Source: Octopus sinensis (lineage: Eukaryota). From it: 64,000 nucleotides of DNA. How positions within the stretch are numbered: position 1 is the stretch's first letter; every line of letters begins with the position of its first letter. The position numbers and the translations under genes were made by a program. The stretch lies in assembly GCF_006345805.1 (NCBI RefSeq), contig NC_042998.1, forward strand, positions 184,388,001 to 184,452,000. Direction: 5' to 3'. Of this stretch, positions 37,253 through 51,429 are shown piece by piece. The notes under the pieces are model-generated. The model searched no databases, was not told where the DNA came from, and worked only from the letters and a program-made list of their open reading frames with translations.

Positions 37253-38827
37253 TGGCAAAAATAAATAAATAGAAAAAAATAATAATTTGTGAGAAAGTGA
37301 GGGGGTGGGGGACATGAGGAAGTTTCCAATATATTCTAGTAAAACATTATTTCATCAGATCCAGTAAGTGATACAAGCAACATACAAGAAATATTGATAA
37401 TTTAAGATAGGGTGATTACATACAGGAAAACTGATTTTTATTTGTTACATAAAGAAAAATATTTTTTATTTGACATAAAAGCTAATTAAATTTATGCTCT
37501 GTAGCCTGTATTTGTTAATTTATTTTCTACCTATTTTCCCAGATATGCAATTTGGTGGAGGCGCTAAGTCAATTACATCGACCCCCGTGTTCAACTGGCA
37601 CTTTTTTTTACCGCCCCCGAAAGGATGAAAGGCAAAGTCAACCTCGGTGGAATTTGAACACAAAATGTAAAGACGGACGAAATATCACAAAGCATTTTGC
37701 CCGACTTCGTAACGATTCTGCCAGCTCGTCTCATTAGGCAGAAGAAACATTGCAAAGCATTTTGTCTAATGCTCTAACGATTCTGCTTGCTTATAATAAG
37801 AACGTGATTAAGAAACCCTTGCACTGTCAGTGATAATTACACACAATTCATTCAGATTCAGATCTTTGATTTCTTATATTGTATAATTCCTTATTTTCAC
37901 AGCAGACTTCAAATATCATTTAAGTATAGACAACAATTGCTATCGAAAAACAGCACCGCAAATGCTTTTGTGTAGAATATGTCTGAATATTTAAGCATAT
38001 CTTTTATAGCTTAGATTCTCCACATGCTGCACATTTTACTATTGATGGAATATTGCATACGTCTTTTTTCGGATTCTACTTCATAGTCAACACTTATATT
38101 TCTGTATAGTTTAAAAGCACTTCACGCTATGAAGCATTTTACAAAATTTTGCATCAGGCGTGGCTGTGTAGTTAAGAAGCTTGTACTCCAACCATGTGAT
38201 TTTGGGTTCAGTTTCACCGTGCGGCACCTTGGGGCAAGTGCATGCTACAACAGTCACATATCGCCCAAAGCCTTATGAGTGTATTTGGTAGACGGAAACT
38301 GAAAGAAGCCTGCCTTGCTTGTACATATCTATGTGCATATCTTTATGTTTGTGTCTGTCCCATCACCGCTGTTGGTTTCTTTGCGTCCCCATAACTTATC
38401 GTTTCGATAAAGAGACTGATAGAATAAGAAGGCTTAAAAAATTACTTGGGTCAATTTGTTCAACTAAAACCCTCCAAGGGAGTGCCCCAGCATGGCCGCA
38501 GTCCAGTGACTGAAACGGATAAAAGATAACTCCTAAATTAGGTGATGTACCTGGGTACAAAAAAAGGTTCTAGAAAAGACAACCCCTAAATTAGGTGATA
38601 TATTTGGGTAAAAAAAAAAGGTTTAGAAATTATCTGCTTGCTTATCTAGGTTAGCATTTTATTGAACTGTATTTTTCGGCATCACATTGATATAGTATAA
38701 AAGAAATATCACTATTAAAGTAAGTGTAAAAATAAATGTATATGTGTGTGTGGTCACTTAGAACAAAGTACTGAAAGATAAGTCTAAGAGCCAATAAAAA
38801 TGTTTCGTCTATAATTTTTTCGTCTAT

Positions 38828-38993
38828 AGGCGCAGGAGTGGCTGTGTGGTAAGTAACTTGCTTACCAACCACATGGTTCCGGGTTCAGTCCCACTGCGTG
38901 GCATCTTGGGCAAGTGTCTTCTGCTATAGCCCCGGGCCGACCAATGCCTTGTGAGTGGATTTGGTAGACGGAAACTGAAAGAAGCCTGTCGTA

Positions 38994-39040
<47 letters not shown>

Positions 39041-39267
39041 ATATATATATGTGTGTGTGTGTGTGGGGGGGGGGGTTTGTGTGTCTGTGTTTGTCCCCCT
39101 AGCATTGCTTGACAACCGTCACTTAGCGGTTCGGCAAAAGAGACCGATAGAATAAGTACTGGGCTTACAAAGAATAAGTCCCGGGGTCGATTTGATCGAC
39201 TAAAGGCGGTGCTCCAGCATGGCCGCAGTCAAATGACTGAAACAAGTAAAAGAGTAAAAGAGTAAAT
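38828..39267 (+). mobile_element. SINE family B, full length, with internal (TA)n(TG)n
   Basis: tRNA-like head ggcgcaggagtggctgtgtggtaag...gggttcagtcccactg; tail (aaagagta)n. Other copies at ~16590, 18280, 24020, 26000, 30650, 38155, 57124, 62300. Confidence 0.9.
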
Positions 39268-40971
39268 CGTTTGTCTGACAAAATATATTGTTTCGTCTAC
39301 GACTTGAGCCATATCTATTAATAGACTATACTTCACTCTCAATACATACCTATATACGTGTCGATAGTTACTCCAACACAACGTACACTTATATTTATAG
39401 ATTATGGACCTATATACAATTGTCAATGGATGATAGCTCCATAACACACACAAACACATATATTGATACATAGAGATCTTAAATATAATTATTATTATGT
39501 ATAGAGTGAAATTATTATATATGGAGTAATTATATAACTTCCTAATGAATCGTTGGATAACCAATGAAGACCGAGAGAGCCATATCTATGTTTGAGTTAT
39601 TTGATCTTACATACTAGTTACTTTTCTAAGGCGGCAAGCTGGCAGAAACATTAGCACGCCGGGCGAAATGCTTAGCGGTATTTCGTCTGCCGTTACGTTC
39701 TGAGTTCAAATTCCGCCGAGGTCGACTTTACCTTTCATCCTTCCGGGGTCGATAAATTAAGCACCAGATGCATACTGGTGTCGATCTAATCGACTGGCCT
39801 CACCCCCACCACTTTTGGGCCTTGTGACTAGAGCAGAAAAGAATACTAGTTACTTTACTTTTCTTTATGTCGAGCAAATAATGAGGACGTCTTTCACACT
39901 CTTTTCTCTCCTTACCTATTCACCCTCCTTAATTCCAGACAAAAAAAAATAAAAAAAGGATTAGAATGTGTGAGAGATTAAAGAGAAAAAGACAGTGTGT
40001 GAAAATAAAGAAAAAGTAAAGAGACAACGTAAAACAAGTGTAAGCACTCATTTATATTCTCACGATGTTTTCAATTCAAATGATGACCATATAATATTGA
40101 TGTATAAATATATGTTTGTATTTGTTATTACATTTTCATCTTCAAAAAAATCGAAAAAAAAAAAACAGTAATTCAAATTTTAAGTGAAACGGCACTCTAC
40201 TAATATTTTCTTCATTGAATACACATTACTTCTCTGCTATTGCTCGCGACCAATAAAACTTTAGGGCCAAAAGTATTGTATACTTTTCGCGGCTCTAGTT
40301 TTTCTTTGTGTAGAAATATATAAATCGGCGAGCTGGCAGAATCGTTAGCACGCTCGACAACATGCTTAGCGTTATTTCGTCCATCTTTATGCTTTGAGGT
40401 CAAATTCTGCTGAGATTGACTTTGCCTTTTATCATTTCGGGCTCGATAAAATAAGTACCAGTCAAGTACTGGGATCAATGTAATCGACTTGCCACATCCC
40501 ACTAAATTCCAGGTCTTGTGCCTATAGTAGAAAAAATTATGGGAAATATAAACAGTTTCATTATTAACTGACAATTTCGAAAGATTTTGATAGGTACAAA
40601 AAACATGAAATGGAATCATACGTGCGGAATAGTGTAAAATGATGTCATATGCATCACGTTCGTGTTTCTTAAATAACCATCCCGCCAAATAAATGTGTCT
40701 GAATGACTCGAAGCCAATACATGGTTTTTTTTAAAACAGTTTGAGAGAAAGATAACATCTATGTACTTTTTGAAAATGGGAGATGTATGTGGAATTTAGG
40801 AATTCTGTTTTATAAATTACTTTGATTTGAAAATGTTAAATGATAAATCAAAGATCTGAACACGATCATAAAATTCAACATCAAATATTACAAATGGAAA
40901 ATGTAAAAATGTACTCCTTAGATACTGAAAGACAAGAAACAATAAAACCAGCACCAATATTTCGAATAATG

Positions 40972-41021
<50 letters not shown>

Positions 41022-44000
41022 GAAATAAAAATTAGGTCTGCGAAAAGTCAATAGTACCCGGAAACAAAACTTATATAATTTATCAACTGTTTGTTTCTTT
41101 ATGTTTCACAAAATTAATTTTCAATTCATTTTAGAATTTAACGCTGCAGTCAAAGTGGAATCTTCAATCATTTTAGACAAACTTAATTTATAACTGAAAA
41201 TGCTTAAAAGTGCGCACGCGCGCAAACACACACACACTCACACACACATACCATTAGGAGCAGAATGCAGTACATAACATTGATATAGGATCTTAGTAAA
41301 AATTATGTATAATCGTGTACTTGTGTGCATTTTCTATCACCAAATGATAGACAGTAAATTATTCACGATACATGAAATTTCGTATTTTTTCAGGCGTCTT
41401 TACAGACCGTGTTTTAGGTTTTAAAATAAGTCATCTATTTTAATCAGTTTGACAAAATATTGAAATTTTATTTCAACATATTCGTTGTTTTTCATTTTAA
41501 TCTTCTGTATGTAGTTTTATTTATTCTAATTTTATTAATTCATCAAGTTTCTTCAAGACTCCTTTCGAAATACACGTTATTCCATAGATGTTATGAAAAT
41601 GATTTTGAATAAAAATTTCTATTGTAGCAGTTGGTAGAAAAATATACATGCATCCTTTCCATTTACATCCGTGGTTGAAGTAACACATATTTTTGCCTTA
41701 CCCGCAGGGAAAAGTATTAGGCCCCAATTTAAATCTAAATTGAGCCAATATCGATAATGGTGTTGGAAATGTTATTTTTCCATAGTTCTTTGTTTATTTT
41801 CGAGATTTTACTAATAGAACATGCGTGCATTAAGTCTTTGAGGAATAAAGTTAAAGGTTGATAAATAGATAGACGAAGAAGAGAGAAAAATACAGTGTGG
41901 AAGAATAGCGTAAAGAGAGAATGGGAAGGAAGCGGGAAAATAAATGTAAGTGGAGATATGTTAAACAAAAAGAAAGACCTATGCTGATACGTCTTACATA
42001 ACTTCTTTCTTTCTCTCTATATAGATTAGCATTCATACACGCGCACGCTCGGACACACACAGATATGCATGCACAAACAAACAAACGAATGTACTTATAA
42101 AAAACGCACCACTGAAGTCACCAATTAAGTCATTCGAATATTCACCGGCGGCGTGAAATGGAAATTTCCTTTCACAAGTAATTTCTCCGTTCGAAGGATG
42201 TGTGTTAGCTAACGTAAATCTATGACCAAAGACATTCCGATCTTGTCCATTCTGTACTGTTAAGGACATCTAGGATTACTTCATGTAATGTGCCATTCCA
42301 TTTTAAGACAACAGAGTGTGGTTTGAGGGATATCAAACTGCTATTTCAAGTCGGTTAAGATGAAACATAGAAATTTCAGCGTTAGCTAATCGTGTTCTAA
42401 GATTTTGGTTTATACGTTTCTTTGAGTATCTAATGCTCGTGTTTTCTTTTTCTCTTGTTTATTTGCAACATTACGCAACTGGAAATATGTTTCCAAGGCT
42501 TTAAAAAAAAAAAAAATTTTGTTTTACTTGGATGCCAAAAGAAGCCTTGGAATTAATCACAAACCCTTTACAGTGTCTGTACCGATAAACAGAATGATTA
42601 ATAAGGGATGATTGAATTCTTGTTACAAGGGGTGAAAGGAAATCAATAAAGGTGGTCTTATGATCACGAATATTTATGGATAATAACTATGCCCATAAAT
42701 CGTTTCTTTTTGTCTGGTCATTTGCATAATTTATGAATTAAAACACCGGCTGCAATTAAAACCAGAGCGTAAAGAGGTGAAGGGAGCTTCATGACGAAAA
42801 GCATAGTAGTTACGGTGATCTTTGATACCCTATAGTTTAAACAACTTTTGTAGTTCATACATAATTCTTTTTGGTCTAAAAAAAAAACAAAAAAAAACAA
42901 AGAACCAGCGACAACATACAGCTCAGAATGGTTGGAAAACAGAATGTTAAAAGCAGGACTGTTCAGTCTAAAGCCAACTGTTCGACCCGCTTACAGTGCT
43001 ACCAAGAAGTAGAACAAATCGTTGAATATGCTATGCTTGAGTACGTAACTTACATAATAAAGGAATAGGTTCTACTGCATCATGGTTTTAAAGTCTTTGA
43101 ATGCAAGTTTGTCAGGGTAGATCTATCAAACAGCATCTGAACCTTTAAAAAATACTGGTAGAAATTTCAAATAAAATATTCATCAACTGACCTCTACTTG
43201 GTTACACGATGTGCTAGAAATAGTAGGTATATTTTGCTTTTCTTTTGTACTCTAGGCACAAGGCCCGAAGTTTTGGGGTAGGGGGGCCATTCGATTAGAT
43301 TGACCCAGTACGCAACTGGTACTTAATTTATCGACCCTGAAAGGATGAAAGGCAAAGTCGACCTCGGCGGAATTTGAACTCAGAAGGTAAAGTCAGACGA
43401 AATACCGCTAAGCATTTCGCCCGGCGTACTAACGTTTCTGCCAGCTCGCCGCCTAATACCATCATAAAAAAAGAATTCATCAGACAATGTAGTTTCTGAA
43501 GCAATTATTTTTGCAGCGCGCGCACACAGACAGACAGACACACACACACACATGTACACACACACACACTTGTATATGTATATTTGGTGGTTAATGTCTT
43601 CTTACAACATGGCCAGATGTTACGACTCACGTCTCTTCAAAGACTTCGCTGAAAGATGAAAGTCGTAATATCTGGCCATATTGTTGAAAGACTATAAACA
43701 CCAAGTATCCTTTCTCTGTGTCATCTCGTTCCTTCTTATTGCAGATTACTGCAATCACCTGAACGAAATCTAGAGTAGTAGGCAGAGAACTGGCGGAGAC
43801 GTTAGAGCACCGTATAAAATGCTTCACGGTATCTATTCTGACTCTCTGAGTTCAACTCCCATCGTTTCGTGGTCCATCAAAATAATTACTTAATCCAGCT
43901 TTTTCTTTTATGAGTTCAAACCCCTTCATGGCTTACTTGGATTGTAGGCTAAATTCGTCATCCACTTTCACACCGTCATCTGCTATCGTGGGTTCATTTA

Positions 44001-44029
44001 GTAGAGTTTGCTCTGTTGCAAGCATTCGA

Positions 44030-45015
44030 GACGCCTCCTACAAAAACCTATATATGTTTAGGAAAGAACTATATCACTTCCTTAAAAATATAAGTTTCTC
44101 TATTGCAGTAGAAGCACATTTACAATCAGTCAACTTTCACGTTACATTCGAATCAGAACGCCACAAGAAAGATAACGAAAATCTCCAGTATTCATTAACA
44201 ATCCAACCACCCCAAAGCATGATTAAAACCTATTAAGGAATTTATCGCTAAAACTTTCTTTACCTTGCAATGATAAATACTCAACGAAATAACAACTCCA
44301 TACAGCGAAATTACAAGAAAAAGTGCAGTATATAAATAATACCATACCCATAACAAATAAAAACATAAGAATAGAAGTAATATTTTCTGGTTCAATCTCC
44401 CATCAATATACAAGTCCCTACACTTATATCCAAATTAATTTTCAGAATTTCCTCCAAACACTTTCACCCCAACCACAAAGTTCACAAACTAATAAATAAA
44501 AACAACACAAAATTCTCATATTCCTGAACTAACGATTTCTAAAAAACTGCAGCCAATTCCAACCAGCAAAATCAGCCTAAAAGTGAAAATCAAAACAACA
44601 TTCATAACAGCAACAACCACAACTTCAGAACCCCTTCGTCCTGCCCTCCAAAAGAAAACTGTCTCACAAGCAATATTGTTTATAGTGCAACTGTAACCAC
44701 AAACACTACACCAACTACTACATCCACATATATAGGATCTTCAACAAACCAGTTCAAGATACGATACAACCAACTCAGGTATACTTTTCGGTAATCCAAA
44801 CAGGAAAAATCATACCTCACTACCTAAATATATATGGACATTAAAATAAATGTACTACAGTTATCATTAATAAAAGAATATAGTCTCATGCACCATCATA
44901 CCAACATAATAACAAACCCTGCCAACTTTGGATTAATGAAACCACATTCTCGTATTCAGGAATCAAATTCTGAATCGAAGCTCTGAATTAGTCTCTTCCT
45001 GCAAACACAAAATTC
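44030..45015 (+). mobile_element. Degenerate Penelope-like element (RT thumb plus GIY-YIG endonuclease)
   Basis: SVNF..., SNHP-like region (caaccaccccaaagc), then CPPKENCLTSNIVYSATV...TYIGSSTNQFKIRYN, KYIWTLK, LNRSSELVSSCKHK, typical of PLE EN domains. Confidence 0.8.
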
Positions 45016-46142
45016 TCTCTCTCTCTCTCTCTCTCACACATACACCCCCACCCACACATGCGTGCGCGCGCACGCACACACACACACACACATTCTCACT
45101 CCACACGGCAATTCAACTCATCGAGATTGATGAGAGGAAGAGAAGAAGGAAAGAAGTTATCTTTAGACCAGAGACTTGATCGGAAATGTCAGCAATAGCA
45201 GTGACTCGCTAAAAGCACCCAAAGGTCAAGTGGTGGTGTTTAAACCAGGCAACAGTCAAACTGTACGGAGATACAAGTCACTTCTGTAGGCGATAGAGAC
45301 ACTTGTACTGTCGAGCAAGGTCGCCTTACCAGTATTATAGGACCCCAAGCAAAGCAATGTTCTGGAGCCCCTGTGAACACAGCTACAACGCACATTGATT
45401 TACATTGGGTTTCTAGATTCGTGACCCACTCCTGGCAAATATCCAGCATATCAATGCCTTAAGCCTGCTGTGGGTTCTGTAGTCTAACATACAGACCCTG
45501 TTCTTTTTATTCGAAGTTTGGACTTGGTGAATATTTTCCCTTCTTCACACTTTTTTCTTCGCCTCTACATTTTTACATATTTCTTTCTAGCGTCCCTGGA
45601 TTGTTTCCGATTTATTTTTCGCGTCTTACTTTAAGAGACAAAAACAGAAGCAACAACAATAATTGTAGCAACAATATCATCAGCAAGAGGAAATGTCTTG
45701 GGGTTGATCGAAAAAAAATGTATTAATAATGTTTCTTTTTCGTCTCCCACCACACAAAAACAAAAACAAAAACAAAAACAAAAAACAAAAAAACCCTATA
45801 CATTTTTTATACTCATTTTTTTTTAAAGCCTGAAAATAAAACGTCCCAGATTAGACGAAATACGCTTCTTGTTATGACGAGAAAAAATATAACAACAACG
45901 ACACGAGAAATAGTCTATTGTTTTCAAATATAATTACATGTTTGATGTTTTCTCTGCTTTTTATGAGAGTAACACAATGATTACCAATATTTTACGACGA
46001 CTGTACCATGTTTCAACTTGATAATCTAAAGCGTTAACTAGCACATAATTATTAGGTTTGTGTGTATGCGAGAGTGTCTAAGCTGTATTTGTACATGTGT
46101 GAGTTTACGGTTGCTTTTTGCGCCTGCAACAGATCGTAGAGA

Positions 46143-46234
<92 letters not shown>

Positions 46235-46381
46235 GCTTGAATCAACGTGGTTGTTTACAGAAAGAAAGAACATTGACCTGCTTATGGAAATAGCGTTTTA
46301 TTAATGGTTTTATTATTTTTTTACTGTTATGCAATTTTTCTCACAACACGTACGCGCACGCGCGCGTTCCGAGACGTCTCG

Positions 46382-46430
<49 letters not shown>

Positions 46431-46686
46431 ACTCTCGAGCGGGAACAAGGTGTTGCAACGGCCTGACTTTCAAAGGGGCCACACATAGTTCTTCAAGGCA
46501 TAGGAATGGAGAGGAAGTCAACACTCTGAAATAAAAGAATAAAAAGTATACATACGTGCACCGTAGACGCACATTTCGGTTGTATGTATGTATGTATGTA
46601 TGTATGTATGTATGTATGTATGTATGTATGTATGTGTGTATGCGCGTGTGCGTGTGTGTACCTGTGTTTTTAATTCTTTTATTTAA

Positions 46687-47079
46687 TACTAGCAGTACCG
46701 CCCGGCGTTGCTCAGTTTTGTTTTGACCCTTTAGAATTGGAATTTTTGAAAAGTAAAAATTTTGCATTATGTAGCTTGTTATTCTATTTAAGTGAACATT
46801 TTTCTGGTTGAAATACACCGAAAAATGGCGACACAGCAGTAAAAAAATCGTAAAAAATCGGGATTTTCATAGAAAAAAAAGCACATTTTTGATGTAAATA
46901 ATTTTTGGTGTTAACATGGTCCGATTTGAATTTTTTCTTCTAGGGAAGGAAGAGCAAGCCTTCTATCATACTCTCAATTTTGGTCAACTTGCGCTGTAGG
47001 GTCTCGGAGGAGATACTGTTAGTTGAAAGCTACCAAACCTGCCGCACACAGACAACTTCAGCTTTATATATAGAGAGAT
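46687..47079 (+). mobile_element. Helitron-like non-autonomous element
   Basis: Starts tactagcagtaccgcccggcgttgctc and ends cacacagacaacttcagctttatatatagagagat, an end structure typical of such families. Confidence 0.55.
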
Positions 47080-47177
47080 TGTTGATGTCCGCTCCATAAA
47101 TATGCTTTCTGTTTCGAGGGAAAAATATTGAAGAGTTGTGGCTCTGCTAAAAAGCAGGCAGTTGTAGTACATTATTC

Positions 47178-47359
<182 letters not shown>

Positions 47360-47479
47360 GGAACATTTCCAACTATACATTAGCGTTTTAAGCGCAAAAG
47401 TCTGACTCCAGTCACTCATGACTTTCCAGATATAGATGAATGCCAAACGTTCTTTTTACCTTCAAAAGGAATATCTCTT

Positions 47480-48110
47480 CAAAGATTTCAGCCTTTTCCA
47501 ACAAATCATCCAGTGTACGGAAACAATATTTAGTGTAGATCATCTAGATTGCCTCTACTTCAGTACAGAGCTTGGCAACCATAGATGGGAGCAATAATTT
47601 GACTGAATGAGAACAAATGTTTTCCGGTGGACATGATGACTTCTTGTGCTCATAGAATTCACCCTAGTAATCTGTTGTAAGATTTTAGCATTTTTCTAAC
47701 ATGCGCATAGAATGATGCGCTATTATTACTCGTTACGATTCCCAGGTTCTATTCGGTTCGTAATGGAATTTCTTCCAGTCCTAAGTGTCCATGTTATGCT
47801 ATGTTGGACGGCAGGTAGCAAAGTACTTGAAACTTTTACGGAATTGAATCTCAAGTTGTTTTTCTTCATCCAATCTGTATATGGTATCGAGCTCGTTCTG
47901 TAGGCTTTTAACATCTTCAAGGCCGTTTACTGCTTTTGATATTGTATGGTCGGCATAGCATGTAACAATAAGTCCATTAGGTCTATTACAAACAATATAT
48001 AAAGGTAAGTTTGATAGATCTGTTACAAAGAGTAATTGCCCCAAGACAGTACCCTGTGGTACCCTGCTCTGGAGAGTTCACCTTCCAGATTAGGCTGGAA
48101 TTTCAGCGTT
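47480..48110 (-). mobile_element. CR1/L2/Jockey-group RT fragment
   Basis: ORF 47799..48044 TCYADHTISKAVNGLEDVKSLQNELDTIY resembles YADDTK...D...LQ.DL..I. Confidence 0.65.
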
Positions 48111-48208
48111 TTCGTAATTCATACAACTACTCTATTAGTTTTCCGATAATACCAAAGTCACAAAATTTTGGTATTTTTGATGTTGTTGTTGCTGTTGTTG
48201 TCATTGTC

Positions 48209-48260
<52 letters not shown>

Positions 48261-48262
<2 letters not shown>

Positions 48263-48485
48263 GAGTGAGAGAGCAGTGCATGCCATCAAAGTAACACTGG
48301 GGCAAAATATACGAAGCCCAGTACACTCATCATGACTACCCGTCTGATAAGGGTACACTAGGCACATGCATCACAACCATATGTGCGCGGCATGGTGATC
48401 TCATATCAAGATAAACAGCACATGACCTTGCAGGTAGGGCCCAGTTAGAATTTTCTTCTGGTTGAGTAACCCATCCTGCTCAAAA
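48261..48485 (-). mobile_element. (AAT)n-tailed repeat 'family G' between two (TTA)n tracts
   Basis: Reverse complement of 63640-63860; another fragment at 29312-29415. Confidence 0.85.
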
Positions 48486-48540
<55 letters not shown>

Positions 48541-48541
48541 T

Positions 48542-49535
48542 TCTCTTTATCACAGGATTTGTTGGAGCTCCTGGAGTCTTGCATGCGTAGCGGGCTTACT
48601 ACCTGCAGCCTACGGTACCATGTTATTCGTTATTTTCCGCTATCTAATACTTACCTGATTATTCTGGCCGTGCCAAGGAGATGAACCTTTTGTAACAGTT
48701 CTACTGAGCTCTCTATTCCAATTTCCGTTATATTCCCCCTGATGCCTTCTGATACTGTCCCCAAGGACCTAACAATAATTGGCACTATCTTCACTATTTT
48801 CCATAGCCGGGCTATTTCGTACATAAGAGGGTTGTATCTGGCGAGCTGGCAGAAGCGTTAGCGCGCTGGGCGAAATGCTTAGCGGTATTTCGTCTGTCGT
48901 TACGTTCTGAATTCAAATTCCGCCGAGGTCGACTTTGCCTTTCATCCTTTCGGGGTCGATAAATTAAGTACAAGTTACGCACTAGGGTTGATGTAATCAA
49001 CTTAATCCCTTTGTCTGTCCTTGTTTGTCCCCTCTATGTTTAGCCCTTTGTGGGCAGTAAAGAAATATATCTTTTCGCCTTCCTTCTTGACTCTTCGTGG
49101 GTTAAAGGGGCATGCAACAACAACTATATAGCACATGTGGTACACCTTGTCTGCCACCACTAGGTCCGGTCTGTTATGCTTTAGCACCTGATCTGTTTGG
49201 ATTGGGAAATCCCAAAGGATTTTCTTGTCTTCGGCTCCATCACTCTCTGCGGTTTGTACTCATACCACCTCTTGCCTTACTCTATCCCCCAATTTTTGCA
49301 CAGTTTCCAATGTAGCACTTTCACTACCTGGTCGTGTTGGCACAACTTGTAATGGTTTTGGGCAAGTCTAGGGCATTCGTTTATGATATGGGCAATGGTT
49401 TCATCCACCCTATTGCAGACGCGGCACAGCGTAGACACTTACTCACTCCTAAGGTTGACCCTCCAGTTCGTAGCTAAATCTTGGTCTTGAGCTGCCAGTA
49501 GAGTGCTCTCGGTCTCTTTTTTTAGTGTTCCTTTC
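48542..49535 (-). mobile_element. RLE-type (R4/Dong-like) element 3' fragment with (AAT)n tail, interrupted by SINE A (48838-49066)
   Basis: KKETESTLLAAQDQ, CCHC knuckle CRVCNRVDETIAHIINEC, ILWDFPIQTD, HNRPDLVV; tail at 48486-48541. Confidence 0.85.
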
Positions 49536-49537
49536 AA

Positions 49538-50141
49538 CAGCACACCGAGCGAAATGCTTAGCGGTATTTCGTTTGTCGCTATGTTCTGAGTTCAAATTCC
49601 GCCGAGGTCGACTTTGCCTTTCATCCTTTCGGGGTCGATTAAATAAGTACCAGTTACGCACTGGGGTCGATGTAGTCGACTTAATCCGTTTGTCTGTCCT
49701 TGTTTGTTCCCTCTGTGTTTAGCCCCTTGTGGGTAGTAAAGAAATAGGTATTTCGTCTGCTGCTACGTTCTGACTTCAAATTCCGCCGAGGTCGACTTTG
49801 CCTTTCATCCTTTCGGGGTCGATAAACTAAGTACCAGTTACGCACTGGGGTCGATGTAATGCCTTTGTCCTTGTTTGTCTCTTCTATGTTTAGCCCCTTG
49901 TGGGCAATAAAGAAATAAGAAACGTTAGCACGCCGGGCGAAATGCTTAGCTGTATTTCGTCTGCCGCTACGTTCTGAGTTTAAATTCCGCCGAAGTCGAC
50001 TTTGCCTTTCATCCTTTCGGGGTCGATAAAGTAAGTACCAGTTACGCACTGGAGTCGATATAACCGACTTAATCCGTTTGTCTGTCTTTGTTCGTCCCCT
50101 CTGTGTTTAGCTCCTTGTGGGTAGTAAAGAAATAGGTATTT
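49538..50141 (+). repeat. Tandem multimer of SINE family A (3 units)
   Basis: Units joined gaaata|ggtatttcg (after 49746 and 50134) and gaaata|agaaacg (~49917). Confidence 0.9.
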
Positions 50142-50169
50142 CGGCAACATCTTTTAACCACCAAGCGTC

Positions 50170-51200
50170 GAAGTGCATCCCTTGATCAAGTTTGCATGCA
50201 TGAGACTGATAACATCATAAGACTTAGAAGGCAGTTCCTTGAGCAGCATTCCTTGTCTGATAACCTTGAGTATATGCCCAAAGAAGTCGCACGACTTCTA
50301 CCGCAACGTATGATCAGATGAAAGGATGAGCCTATATGAGCAGAAGACTATGCATAGATATGTTAGTAGAAAGCTCCGAGATGATAGTAAAATCGATCAT
50401 CACAGTAGTTTATCATGGATCAATAGCCGGATTACTACCTTCAACTTTGAAGAGTATGCGTTTGCAATCCAGGAACAGGAAATATCAACCAACTACCTGA
50501 CGAGATAGAGATGCAGGAAAAGCAGTAAAATGTGACAACCGATGCAGGCCTTGCGGAGTTAACTCTGAAGATTACACCACATCATAAGCAGTTGTCCGAA
50601 AATGTCATCACGGTATTATCTACAGATGAGACATGAGGTTGTAGCTAGGACACTCTATAAGGAAGTTCATCGGAAGATTGACCCTGAGGACAAAGAAATA
50701 AGAAACCACAGTATGGTAGAAGCCATAGCCACTTATAATAAAAAGGAGTACTGGTGGAATGTCCCAGTGAAGACTTCAATAAAATGTAAGCACACCAAAT
50801 CTGATATAATGATTTGGGGCAGAGAACAGAAAATGCACAATTGTGGAAATTAGCTGCCCAGCGGATATTAACATAAAGCTGAAGATCAGTGAAAAAGAAT
50901 ACCTACGCTCAGCCATTGAAAAATCTGCAGTTACTCTATCCAGGTTACAAGTTCGGGTTTATACCTGTAATTATTGGGGCCCTGGGATATGTAACACACT
51001 GTCTAAATACCAATTTTGAGAAATTAGGCTTCGTAAAAACAGAAAGGAGAAGCCTAATTCGAAGACTACAGATCCAGTCCATCACTGGAACTGTAAAAAT
51101 ATGTAAAAATTTCCGGAGGTTTATCATTTAAATATATATGAGCATGTCTAAATATGCAACTATATGTATGACAATACATACATAAAGCAAAACATACAAA
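50170..51200 (+). mobile_element. RLE-type non-LTR retrotransposon 3' fragment (second family) ending in (CA)n
   Basis: AFAIQEQEISTNYL, CRPCGVNSED, RHEVVARTLY, WWNVP...KSDIMIW, PVIIGALG, GTVKICK. Confidence 0.8.
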
Positions 51201-51304
51201 TCTGCACACACAAACACACACACGCACACACACACACACAGAGACACACAAACACACAGACACAGATACACAGACACACACAGACACACACACACACACA
51301 CACA

Positions 51305-51348
<44 letters not shown>

Positions 51349-51429
51349 ACACACACAAACACGCACATCCAAACATGCACAAGTACACACACACACCATA
51401 CATATATTTCTGTATATATTTTCTCTCCT

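Noticed and set aside
49538-50141. CRISPR-like or satellite array
   Set aside because: Units are ~200-bp SINE bodies without unique spacers, in a eukaryotic context with no cas genes.
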